A stretch of 64,000 nt of DNA from Histomonas meleagridis 2922-C6/04-290x. Its lineage: Eukaryota > Protista > Parabasalia. Shown here piece by piece: positions 11,187 to 21,754 of this stretch; the stretch's first letter is position 1, and each line of letters opens with the position of its first letter. The stretch covers positions 372,001-436,000 of the forward strand of contig JAANOX010000061.1 in assembly GCA_020184695.1 (NCBI GenBank). The letters run 5' to 3'. The notes under the pieces are model-generated. The model saw only the letters and a program-made list of their open reading frames with translations. It made no database searches and was not told the origin of the DNA. The translations under genes and the position numbers were made by a program.

Positions 11187-13194
11187 TTATAAATTCGATG
11201 GGATTTTATTATCTTCTTTGAAGTCATCTGCAAATGGATCTTCATCTATATATTGAGCATTTGTACTTACAGTTCAGTTATTCATAGAAATATCTTTGTT
11301 GTTCCAATTCATTTCTTCGATATTACTTTCTTCATCTAAACTCATATTCTTTTGTCTTTTAACAATGAAAACAACAATTAAAGTAATAATTAAAATTACC
11401 ACAATTCCTACACAAACACCAACAATAATGATAGTTGTGTTATTATTTCTTGTTTCATCATTATTATTCTCATTTTGCTTTAATAATGTGAAAAAATCAG
11501 AATAATATGATAAATAAGCAGAATATTGAATTACAATATATTCATAGTATATTAGTAATGTATTAATCATTGCAAATGTTGAATTTACAAAAGATACTGT
11601 AACAGTGTTTGAGGTAATGTTGTTTAATGCAATTGTTTCTGTGATAAAAACAAAATGTGTTAAAATCATAGAACGTGATATTGTCATTTCAAAGTTAAAA
11701 GAACTTGTAAATGTATTTGATTGTGTGAATTTATTTGATTTTGTATATGTATTTGATTTTGTAAATATATTTGATTTTGTAAATGTCTTTGATTTAGTAT
11801 ATGTATTTGATTTTGTAAATGTATTTGTACCAGGAATACAAATATCAATCGTCGTTCCCTTTGTTACAATTAACCCACCAAATGTTTCTTCTTCATATAA
11901 ATCTAATGTCATCACTGTCGTTGCAGGGACATCATAAAAAAGCTGTGTCCCATAAGTTGGTCCTGTCTTACCATAAAAATATATGCATTTAAGACTAGTA
12001 CAAGAGTAAAATACACATGTACCTAAAGTTTGAACGTTTTCTCCAATATAAATTATTTCCATATTTATATTTAGTTTTAACGAATAATCATTAAGAATAG
12101 TCACTGAATTTGGAATAACCAAATATAAAAATATTATAACATGAGCGAATACCAGCGGTTGCGATTGAAGTAATTGTGGGCGCAATCTCAAAAGTTTCAT
12201 TTGGAAGTCCTGCTGGATAACAAATTAATTCAGTAATATTCTTATTATATAGAATTCCATCGTCATTTAAATTAGAGAAATATTCATTATCTTTGGAAAC
12301 ATTAATAAACATAAGACTTGTACAACCAATAAATGGTCTCCATCCAATTGTTGTTACAGACTTTGGAATTGTTATATTCTTTAACAAATTACACTCTTCA
12401 AAAATCCATCTTCCCAACGTGACGACATTTTCTCCTAAAATAGCAGTTTCTAAGCTTGTGCATTGAACGAAAGATGATTCACCAATTGAAATTACTGAGT
12501 TTGGAATTATAATTTCTTTTATACTAGAACAATACATAAATACCCTATCTCCAATTTCGATTATATTTTTACCAAAATTAACTGTCTGCAATTGACTGCA
12601 ATAATAAAATGAATAATCTCTTAAATAAAGAACCGAATCTGCAATTTCAACAGATTCTAATAAACTCCAAGAAGAAAATGCATTCGAAGGAACTTCCGTT
12701 ATACCTTCTCCAATTATAATATGTTTTGTCACACTTTTATAATCTTGTGTGAAATCAGCTGAAGTAGATATTTCAAGTGTTTCAGTTTCATTAACAAAAG
12801 TTTCACATGAAATCATTAAAAATATATTAAAAGTTAATAGTGTTAACCCATATTTATTAATATCTTTTACGCACACACAGGGTGTATGAGTTTCTAGCAA
12901 TATTTTTTTAATTTGATCGAATAGTAGTAAAATAATAACAATGAATAAAATAATGTTTTTTAATAAAGATGTGAATTTACTTGATTTGTTACTTAGATGG
13001 AAACTAAGATCAGGTATGCTAATAAATAATTTGAAAGTATTGATCCTTTGATACATGTTAAAAAATGAAATACTTTTATCACATTTGTAATTTTGAATTA
13101 AAATTTCAGGATATGAACTTGACTCTTCATTAAAGTTATGTGTATAACATGAGCATAAAACAAGTAATATGAAATTCATACTTTGGCTTACCAT
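11187..13194 (-). pseudogene. BspA-like (TpLRR) surface protein, frameshifted, with premature stop in the tail
   Basis: TpLRR repeats (IIIPNSVISIGESSFVQCTSL); frameshift near 12130; TFTKSN Ser/Thr repeats; TM helix; in-frame TGA at 11274-11276 followed by an in-frame DEDPFADDFKED tail ending at TAA 11187-11189. The true start is uncertain. Confidence 0.8.
11700..11825 (-). repeat. 18-bp coding tandem repeat (T[F/Y]TKSN) in the BspA stalk
   Basis: About 7 units of 6 aa: TFTKSN TYTKSK TFTKSN IFTKSN TYTKSN KFTQSN TFTSS. Confidence 0.85.
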
Positions 13195-13553
13195 ACAGAT
13201 AAAAGGCTACGCAGGGATTTCTGAATTCAGAAAATTGAATCAATTTATTATTAGAATAAAATAACTTTTTTAAGTGAAATTTGAACCAAACGTTTTTACA
13301 CATTTGCTTATGAAATCAGCGCAACGACACATTCCCTATCGTTTAGGAATTTGGTCACTTTTCGTCTTTGCTACGTGCATTATAATCTTGAATTCAAAGG
13401 AACCTAACCAAGGCTTAGAACAAATCCAGCCCATATACAAGCTCGACTTTTTATAATATTTTATTTTCTGAATCATATATAACACAAAGAAATGAAGTTG
13501 GAATCAAAAAAAATCAACAAGCTGAAAAAAGCATTCAATTTACGATAAATAAA

Positions 13554-13958
13554 ATGCATACTGAAGATTTAAAGAAACTAAAACACTTAGAAGAAACATA
13601 TATACCATGTCAAACAGATGCCCTTCAATCAAATATTGTTAAAGTGCGTGATGAAGCAACTCAACAGAAGGAGCGAACAAAATTTACCGAAATACCAATT
13701 CTTGAAAATGATATTGCTGATAATATGTTATGGTTTCAAATGCGAGAAGTCGAAGCTCGGAAAGATGAGATCGAAAAGTTGGAAAAGAAAAAGAAAAGAA
13801 CTCGAGCCACTAAAGCAAAGAATCGAAGAAATACAGAGACAATTACAAGAACAACAAACACAATGATATCGAAATTATTTGTTCATGAAAAAAACTTCAA
13901 CACGCGAAAAGATAAGGTATTTGAAAGAGCATTTTCACAATTTAATGGAACCAATTAG
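13554..13958 (+). pseudogene. Short coiled-coil gene fragment, probably frameshifted
   Basis: Coiled-coil reading KDEIEKLEKKK continues as KELEPLKQRIEEIQRQLQEQ in the frame of ORF 13618-13866 across an A-rich run. Confidence 0.35.
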
Positions 13959-14475
13959 TATAAAAAATTTTAATTGGCACCTTCTTTTTCATTTAGTAAT
14001 TTAATTATTTCCGTATAACCTTTTTTAGAATCTGCAATAATACTTGCTGTACAAATATTTTAAATAATTTCCAAATATTATTTTGGAATTCTAAATTATG
14101 AAAATAAACATTAAATAAAATAAATATCTTTCATATTAATATATCCCTTTTTGTTTATGAGGTAATTGAATTTCAGATGCATCCATTTGCGTTTAGTGTT
14201 TTCGTATTTAATAATTTTTTGAAACAATGATTAGAACATATTTTTGTTTATTTTTAGAATCAAAATGTTTTAGATGTTTTAAGTACCATATGAACAAATC
14301 AATAAATGTTTTCTTTTTATGAAGGCACCAAAATAATTTCAAGTTATTTTATGAACAATATGGAATTAATTCTTATTCAATACGTAGATAATCATTGCTT
14401 TGAAAGGTAAGAAAAATTTAAATGCACGTTTAAAGAATTTCAACACTTTCATTCAACTTTAATTTATTTAGAAAA

Positions 14476-15999
14476 TCACATTTCAGAAAACAGAATGAAC
14501 ACACGTAGCGCGTCGATATATGCAACGTTGTAGCAGCACAGATACTTTTCCTTCTTTTCGTTTGCTTTTGTCGCTGTTAAGTTTCCCACTGCGGCTTGTT
14601 CGTTCGCTTCATACTCCTCATGCAGTGCCATTATCTTTGCCAAGAATTTCCTTGCGTGTTCACCAATGATCGTTGTGTATGCTTTGATCACTGCAGATTC
14701 ATCATATCTCCAAACGAAGATACTCTTGGTGTTGATTGTCTTGTCAGCGCTGTTTCTTGGTACCATTTGCATCTGTGCAAATCCGAGTCTTGCAAGTGTA
14801 AACATTGAACTTCTTGCATCTTTTTCTGATAATAACGCACCTGTCTCAACCTGATGTGTATCAGCGACTCCTAATGACCTTAAGTAGTTGAAACACCTTC
14901 GATGATAAGGTGAGATGCATTGTTCAAGAAATGCTTCAACATATAACAATTGTGCATTACGAATAGATTTGGCAGTGGTAACATCCCAATATGATCCATC
15001 ACCTGGCTTTAATAAATAGAGTTGAGATGCAGCAATCTCATCTAAATCGTCAAAAAGTTGCTCTCTTTTATCAACAGAAATAACGGCCATTAACCGTTGA
15101 TATTCGAGTCGGGGTACCCCAACGATTTCTCCTCTCAAATCGTCATCGTTCTTTTTCATAGACCTTTGAAATTGCGAGTAATCAGATGCATTAGTTACAT
15201 CAAGAATTCCTTCAACAAGCTCTGTGTGGTTGTTTTTGAAAATGGATTGAGATAGTTGAACAATATATCGACCTCGAAGAAACGAACAAACAGATCCCCA
15301 GTTTAATGTAAGAGTATATGCTTGTTCAAGAGGAGCAGAAACACTGGCTCCTGATGCATTAGGATCAACAGTAGGTGTGGTTTTCTTCTTGGAGAGATTG
15401 ATGTTTTCAATTCTTCGATGTAATGAAAAAACATCATCTGTATTAAATGTAGAACTTTCAATAACACGACGCATGAGAAGCCCTCTCTTGAATAGCTCAT
15501 TAGAAGCTTCAATAAATTCGGGTGTGGCATTGATTTGAATTGGTGTTAAATGATGTCTATTCTTTCTTGATCGTAATTCTTCATTCGGTATAATTTCGAT
15601 AATTCCATTTAGTAAAACAGTTTTTACAACATCGTTGTATTCTGGTTTCTTATAAACTGCATCGATTTGCTCTAGTAAAATAGATGGAGCTGAAAGAATA
15701 AGAGCTGGTAACGAATTGATTGATATATATTGACGAGGACCGTCTTGACTTACTGTAACAATCCCATGAACATACAAAGATAAGATTATTGTTTTTGTAT
15801 CAACAAGAGGAATTTTTGTAACTTTAGATATAAAACCTAGAGGACATGGCCCAAACTCTGAGATTGAACTTGCAATGATGGAGGCTGGTTCACCAAATAA
15901 CATTTTAATAACATCTATTATAAGTCTGTGTTTTGCCCCGGCTAAAGACATTTGAGGAACGCTTGAAAACGTTAAGAATACCCGTTTATTTAAGGGCAC
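14476..15999 (-). CDS. RPC3: RNA polymerase III subunit RPC3/RPC62/C82-like
   Basis: C-terminal winged-helix region HRRCFNYLRSLG...ALLSEKDARSSMFTLARLGFAQMQMVPR...IFVWRYD; N-terminal GPCPL motif. Confidence 0.75.
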   Translation of the reverse strand: MPLNKRVFLTFSSVPQMSLAGAKHRLIIDVIKMLFGEPASIIASSISEFGPCPLGFISKVTKIPLVDTKTIILSLYVHGIVTVSQDGPRQYISINSLPALILSAPSILLEQIDAVYKKPEYNDVVKTVLLNGIIEIIPNEELRSRKNRHHLTPIQINATPEFIEASNELFKRGLLMRRVIESSTFNTDDVFSLHRRIENINLSKKKTTPTVDPNASGASVSAPLEQAYTLTLNWGSVCSFLRGRYIVQLSQSIFKNNHTELVEGILDVTNASDYSQFQRSMKKNDDDLRGEIVGVPRLEYQRLMAVISVDKREQLFDDLDEIAASQLYLLKPGDGSYWDVTTAKSIRNAQLLYVEAFLEQCISPYHRRCFNYLRSLGVADTHQVETGALLSEKDARSSMFTLARLGFAQMQMVPRNSADKTINTKSIFVWRYDESAVIKAYTTIIGEHARKFLAKIMALHEEYEANEQAAVGNLTATKANEKKEKYLCCYNVAYIDALRVFILFSEM

Positions 16000-16065
16000 C
16001 CCAATTATATTTCTGTCTTTGTACGTTTATGATTATCAAATCTTTAACGTACATATCATTTGTAA

Positions 16066-16662
16066 ATGTGCTCCAACTCTAACATTGAAAATGATATTGA
16101 GCAGCACCTGAACTGGATGCAATCTCTTCTTAATGGTCCAGCTCCAGGGTCCTCACAAGATGTCAATTCATCATACGAATCACAAATTGATGACTTGATT
16201 GCATCAATTCAAGCACCTGTTGAATCACGTCAACCACGTTTTAGTGAAGTATGCCAACAGTATACTAATCTTGCAAAGCAAGCATATCAGCAAAATGAAG
16301 ATCAATCTCATCTTGCTGAAGTTCAGGAAGATACTCGTCAATATAGAATCTCTGATCCAATAGACGATAGTGAGGATGAAAGCGATTGTGAAGAGTACTA
16401 CGTAGAAGATGCAGAAAAAATTCGTGGTCAAGAAATCCCAGATTGGGCAAGAGCTGCTAACCTCCTTGTGGAACTTCAAAAGCAGCAATCTGTTGACCCA
16501 GATAAAATATTTACTAATTTTGATAATACATGTGATTTATCTGCAATGTTTGAAAAGAAGAAGAGAACATTTAAAGTCCGTGGCGATAGCGGTTGGTGGG
16601 CAGCCGATGGACTTACACGTGCCGAGGAAATAAACTATAAGAAGGCAGTAGGTTTAGCCTAA
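16066..16662 (+). CDS. INCENP-like protein with Aurora-binding IN-box
   Basis: IPDWA..L.VELQKQ..VDPDKIF...CDLSAMF...FKVRGDSGWW matches the IN-box consensus after an acidic stretch. Confidence 0.8.
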   Translation: MCSNSNIENDIEQHLNWMQSLLNGPAPGSSQDVNSSYESQIDDLIASIQAPVESRQPRFSEVCQQYTNLAKQAYQQNEDQSHLAEVQEDTRQYRISDPIDDSEDESDCEEYYVEDAEKIRGQEIPDWARAANLLVELQKQQSVDPDKIFTNFDNTCDLSAMFEKKKRTFKVRGDSGWWAADGLTRAEEINYKKAVGLA

Positions 16663-16797
16663 GATAGGTAATTTATTATTATTCCAAAACAATAATAATG
16701 ATAATACTTAAAAAGAATTTACGATCTAATTTTGATTTCAACAAACAATAATGGTTAAAAAAAAAATCTTCATTTAAAAATCAATTTATTTTAAAAA

Positions 16798-17070
16798 TTA
16801 TTTTAATGGGATTTCTACATTTTGATACATTTTTTGTATTTGAACTTGACGTTTCAAAGCATCAATTTCGGAGTTCCTTTCTGCAGCGTATTTTTCCAAT
16901 TGCTTTTGATCAGTGATCTTTGATCCTTCCTCATATATATGGTCACTCCATCTTGTGAAGAATTGTTTTGTTCCATTATCAATGAACTCTGCAGCTACAT
17001 TCTTTGCAGCGTCGCGAATTGATCCCATTATTGTTTGACTGCTGAGTGCTCTTGTGATAGAAGATAGCAT
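16798..17070 (-). CDS. Small protein with a hydrogenosomal presequence-like N-terminus
   Basis: MLSSITRA fits the ML[ST]..R trichomonad targeting pattern; function unknown. Confidence 0.55.
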   Translation of the reverse strand: MLSSITRALSSQTIMGSIRDAAKNVAAEFIDNGTKQFFTRWSDHIYEEGSKITDQKQLEKYAAERNSEIDALKRQVQIQKMYQNVEIPLK

Positions 17071-17175
17071 TATAAGGTGAACTGACCGCTAATTCAAGGG
17101 TGCCCTAAAATTTCGATCACCCTTTTTGAGAAACGAAACTCAATTGACTCAATATAAAGCTAAGAAAATAATCAG

Positions 17176-17346
17176 ATGAAGGAAAACGTGTCCAAGGGTA
17201 GAAAAGTTTTAGAAAATATTTTTAATAAGATAAGTAATAGTGCATGGATTATCGCAACAACAGCATTGATGGTCGTTTACCCGATTGCGCTATCAATTCT
17301 TGATGACAGATTTATTGAAGAACCTCATTTGGATGATACCGAATAA
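17176..17346 (+). CDS. Tom22-like small membrane protein (56 aa, not in the ORF track)
   Basis: Hand translation MKENVSKGRKVLENIFNKISNSAWIIATTALMVVYPIALSILDDRFIEEPHLDDTE*; AW..TTAL...P..LSIL matches the Tom22 TM signature; acidic tail. Confidence 0.7.
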   Translation: MKENVSKGRKVLENIFNKISNSAWIIATTALMVVYPIALSILDDRFIEEPHLDDTE

Positions 17347-17747
17347 TTTCAGCCTATTGTGAAAAGGATTATGTGGGCCATTGTTCATGATTGTATTTTT
17401 GTTTATAATAAAATTTCAAAAAATCTATTTGCCATTGAAATTTTAGCAATTCTTGAACATTTCATTAAATCTCCATTACACTATTAAGATTTGTTCTTGG
17501 GTTTTAAGCAAAATTCTAAAATTTTGATATCTTAAAAGAAACATCAATTTCCATTTTTTTAATACTTATCACTTTGCTTACGTCATTCTTTTTTTCATGT
17601 CACACTAATGAATTAAATGAGTAAGGTAATTATTTTAAATTCCATCAATTTAATTTATAAAAAATGCAATTTTTAGAGAACTTAGAAGAACGCTTCCAAA
17701 ACAAATACAAAAGAACACATTTTAAAAAGTTTATTGATGAAAAATTT

Positions 17748-18299
17748 TCAGCAAAAGCAAATGCGCATAAAATAAATAATTGTTAAAGTATTTGAAAAGA
17801 GCATAAACCCAAGGAACACCCAAAACAAAATGTGCGGGGTTGTGCACCTTGTATTCATGTAATCATCAAGCTGTTCATTAAATTCTTTGCTTGGATATGT
17901 TAAATTTAAGAAATTTGTAAGTTCAGTAAAATATTCTATATTGGTTTGACTTGTGTTTGTTAGAAGAATCTTATAAGATTCGCATTTTGATGGTTTTGTA
18001 TCATCAAGCAAAATCGACGTAGTTACAAAACTTCCAAACGGAACGCATAAGCAAAATACCCATTGAAGGAGTGCACGTTTTTGAATTGTTTTCAGAGGAT
18101 TTGGCGAGCGATCATCATTCCATTTTGGAGAACTTTTATTTAACTTCCCCCAATAAACACCTCCATAAATCAAGCGACAAATACATGATGTAGCGAAGAA
18201 AAATATTGATAAAAATAAAAGGATCTTGCCTGGAGGGGTAGTGTTGAACGCCCTCATTTTGGACCCCTCCAATAAACTATACAAAATAAAAAAAAGCAA
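17748..18299 (-). CDS. Multi-pass membrane protein, tetraspanin-like topology (possibly partial)
   Basis: Several hydrophobic segments; Cys-containing loop before the last TM helix; C-terminal CFC. Confidence 0.4.
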   Translation of the reverse strand: MLFFILYSLLEGSKMRAFNTTPPGKILLFLSIFFFATSCICRLIYGGVYWGKLNKSSPKWNDDRSPNPLKTIQKRALLQWVFCLCVPFGSFVTTSILLDDTKPSKCESYKILLTNTSQTNIEYFTELTNFLNLTYPSKEFNEQLDDYMNTRCTTPHILFWVFLGFMLFSNTLTIIYFMRICFC

Positions 18300-18819
18300 A
18301 ACGGTCGATACGATACTTTTTCGATTGAGTTGTTTGAATAGTAATTACTATTCAAACATTCTAATTTCAACATGATCACCCAAATAAAATTTATTGCCTC
18401 TTACATAATTCATTTGAAGTATGACAGAATGTAAAATTATATAATATTTGAGCGTAAACCACTTGATTTTAAAAAAGTTTCAAGTAAAAATAAAGCAGTT
18501 TTATTAATTGCGATATTTTTATTATTGTTTTATATATATAATTATTTATAATTAAAAAACTGAAATTTTTACAGTATGAGTTTATCTTTAGATATAGAAA
18601 TTATATTTTATTTGCCAAATATCTAATATATCTAAATTACTTTTGGATAGCTGGAGAAAGAAAAATATTTCATTCTGGCAATCAAAGTTTTTAGGCAACA
18701 AATTACAAGCTAAAAAAAGGATTTCATATGTGACAAATGTAATGTTCGCTTCTGATGTATCAAAACTTGAATTATTAAAAATGAAAAAATCGAAAATTTC
18801 TTTATTCTATTATAATAAA

Positions 18820-20754
18820 TTACAAAACATTTTCAACATCGTTACCAATTTCGCAAGCTCCTTCTGCCAACTGATGGAATTCCATCAAAGACTTTCTACA
18901 AAAAGGCGAAATCTCGAAAATCCGGTCCATTTTTAGCAAAATGTATCCGAAGAATTCCTTGTCGAACTTTGTCAACACGTTTTTATGGTTTTCAGCGTTT
19001 ATTTTCGTATCGTTCACTTCATTATTTAGTTCATTTAAATTCTTTTCCATTTCGTTCATTTTTGTTTCCAATTGATTTAATTCGTTTTGTGATTGATTTA
19101 GTTTTTCTTGTAACACTTTAATTTGTTTTGATATTTGTTGTGCTGATTTAAAGTTCTTTGCTTTCACTGCATTTTTCTTAGTTATTTCTAATTCAGGAAT
19201 TTGTTTTTCAGTTGTTTCGATGAAATCGGAAATTTTATTTTTATTATTTTTGATTTCAGCGATTTCAACTGATCGATTTAACTTTAATGAATTTAATTCC
19301 AAATATTTTTTCTCTTCTTTTTCATAATTTAATATAATTTTTGTTTTATCATGTAAATAATCATTACATTTCGTATTAATTTTACGTAATTTAGTGATTA
19401 TCTTTGTGGAATGTTGTGAGTCATATTCTGCTTCATGAATATTTTTGATGATTTCATTCATTGTGATATTTAACGTTTGAATTTCTTCATCATTCTTGAT
19501 GATTGTGTTTTGTAAACATGTTAATGGCATTTCAATTGTTCGAATTTGATTTTCGATTTTTTGCGTTTCTGCTAAAAACATTTCTTCACTTTGTTGTAAT
19601 TGTTTTTGTGCATCCGAAAATTTTTGGAGTTCAATATCTTTATTTTTTTCTTCAATATTAATTTGATTGGTTATGTTTTTTATCATCATTCGATGTTGTT
19701 CAATTTCATTCTGTAGTGAAATAATTGACTGCATATGTGAATTTTTCTCAGATTGAAGTTTGGCAATTTTTTCGTTAAACGGTCGTTGACATTGGTCAAT
19801 TTCAGAAGATATTTGGCTGCATTTGGTGTAATGCTCTTTTCGAAGTTGTTCTAACGGGGCACGTAAATTGGTGACTTCTTCTTCAATGGACTTTTGTTTG
19901 GATGTTAATAACTCTTTGTCGTTTTTTTGTTGGTTTTCTAAATTCGAAATTTGTTTGATGATTGAAGATTTCTTGGCAAGAAGTTGTGGAATGTTTCGAA
20001 CAAGATCATGTGATTTCTTCTCATAGAGTTTGGGTACATCTGCTACAAGATCAAGCGCTTGGGCAATACTTGATGACATATCAACTGTTGATATGAATAT
20101 TTTTTCTTGAGCTTCGCTTATTTCTGTGTTGAGTTGTTTGGCTGTCGTAAACTGATTGTTGGAAATTGCTTTTATTTGATTTTCAATAAGGGATTCTAAC
20201 GTATTTTGAAGTTTAGAAACATTTTTCTTGATTGCGCTGGTTTGGGAATTATAAAAATGCATTTGCTTCGTGAAATTATAAATGTCACTTGAAATTAAAT
20301 TTTGTTCATCTTCATTGGTTAACATAGAGTTATGACCAGTATCATCAACTTCTTGGTTAGAAGCAATTATAGACTTAATTTGTGAAATATCACTATTTTC
20401 GCTCATATTTGAAAAATAAAAAAACGATGAAGATTGAACATTCCCATCTGTTTTAGATTTGGAAAGGGGTATATTTGGTTGGTATGGTGGACTTGATGAT
20501 TCTGTTGAAATAAATGTATCAAAATCAATTTTTTGTTTGTCACAAAGATCTTCTTTGTACAAATCAATAGAAATATCCCTCGCGAAACCAGAAGGATCCG
20601 TATAAGCAAATGTATTTTTTCCTTTTGAAAATTCTTCCCCAAATGATATATCAGAAGAGAATTGTGATTGATCTGCAGGTTCATCATCATAAATTGGTAT
20701 TGCTTCGTTAGAATTCTTTGTTTCACTTGGGATTTGATTTGGTTCCATTTCCAA
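18820..20754 (-). CDS. Long coiled-coil protein with UVR-like motifs
   Basis: 644 aa with heptad composition; KKNAVKAKNFKSAQQISKQIK and KAISNNQFTTAKQLNTEI resemble UvrB/C-type motifs. Confidence 0.6.
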   Translation of the reverse strand: MEMEPNQIPSETKNSNEAIPIYDDEPADQSQFSSDISFGEEFSKGKNTFAYTDPSGFARDISIDLYKEDLCDKQKIDFDTFISTESSSPPYQPNIPLSKSKTDGNVQSSSFFYFSNMSENSDISQIKSIIASNQEVDDTGHNSMLTNEDEQNLISSDIYNFTKQMHFYNSQTSAIKKNVSKLQNTLESLIENQIKAISNNQFTTAKQLNTEISEAQEKIFISTVDMSSSIAQALDLVADVPKLYEKKSHDLVRNIPQLLAKKSSIIKQISNLENQQKNDKELLTSKQKSIEEEVTNLRAPLEQLRKEHYTKCSQISSEIDQCQRPFNEKIAKLQSEKNSHMQSIISLQNEIEQHRMMIKNITNQINIEEKNKDIELQKFSDAQKQLQQSEEMFLAETQKIENQIRTIEMPLTCLQNTIIKNDEEIQTLNITMNEIIKNIHEAEYDSQHSTKIITKLRKINTKCNDYLHDKTKIILNYEKEEKKYLELNSLKLNRSVEIAEIKNNKNKISDFIETTEKQIPELEITKKNAVKAKNFKSAQQISKQIKVLQEKLNQSQNELNQLETKMNEMEKNLNELNNEVNDTKINAENHKNVLTKFDKEFFGYILLKMDRIFEISPFCRKSLMEFHQLAEGACEIGNDVENVL

Positions 20755-21754
20755 GGTTTAACAAGGATTTCTTCTAAAATCAGTTATTTTATTATCATAC
20801 TTTTCATAGCACTTTTTATAAAAATCATATGGCCAAAGAAACTTAATAGTAAATGATTAATAATAACAACAAATTATTTAATACCCGTTTTCAAGTTTTA
20901 ATTTTTTTTGGAAATTTTCTTTGAATCTCTTCAAAAATTTAATTTCAAATTTCTTTATTAATGTTTTGGATAACAATATTAAAATATAATAAAGAAAAAT
21001 GATGCTTACTTTTAAAGATTTTACACGATATTTTTTTCTCATTATTGATATCATTCCCTTTTTTTTAAAAAAAAATAATTAACAATTTCTAAATAACCAC
21101 ATTTAAATGTAACTATGTGTTTAGATACTGAACTTCAGTAATAACTGTTATTAGTATTTTTAAATTTTGTTTGGATTTAATAACTTATTAAAAATATTTT
21201 TATATAAATTTGTTTATAAACCATATCCTCCACATGCTGAATATTAATATTCTTTTATTCTGAAGAGCAATTTAATCACACAATGTTATCTTTAATTAAC
21301 GCTGTCAATAGTTGTTGAACAAAGGAATTAATTCCTAATTTATTGGAAAAAATTGTTTGTAGAGTTTTGGAAGTAAGCCGATAGAAAATTCAGTAGATAA
21401 AAGATCGTTCTTGTCAGAAAAAAAATCATCGTTGTATAGAAATTCCATCGTATGTCTCCTGATTTTGTTTGAAATTGTGATGTCATTTTTACCCAGAATT
21501 GACTATCTTTGTTTGCTTCTTATGAGTTGTCCTTTGTCGGATTCGTAGTCTTCTATATCAAAAAAAATTTCCAATATATGTATTTTAAATTTTTCTATTC
21601 ATGGCTTTTTCATTCTTGATGGTTTATTTAAAGCATTGGCATATTTCTTTCTTATTTCATTTTCTTCATCCTCGAAAGAGGGTGACTTTTTGAAAGAATT
21701 TACCCACGATTCGCTTTTGAATAGTTTACTAAAATCCCAACCTTCGGCTTCTAA

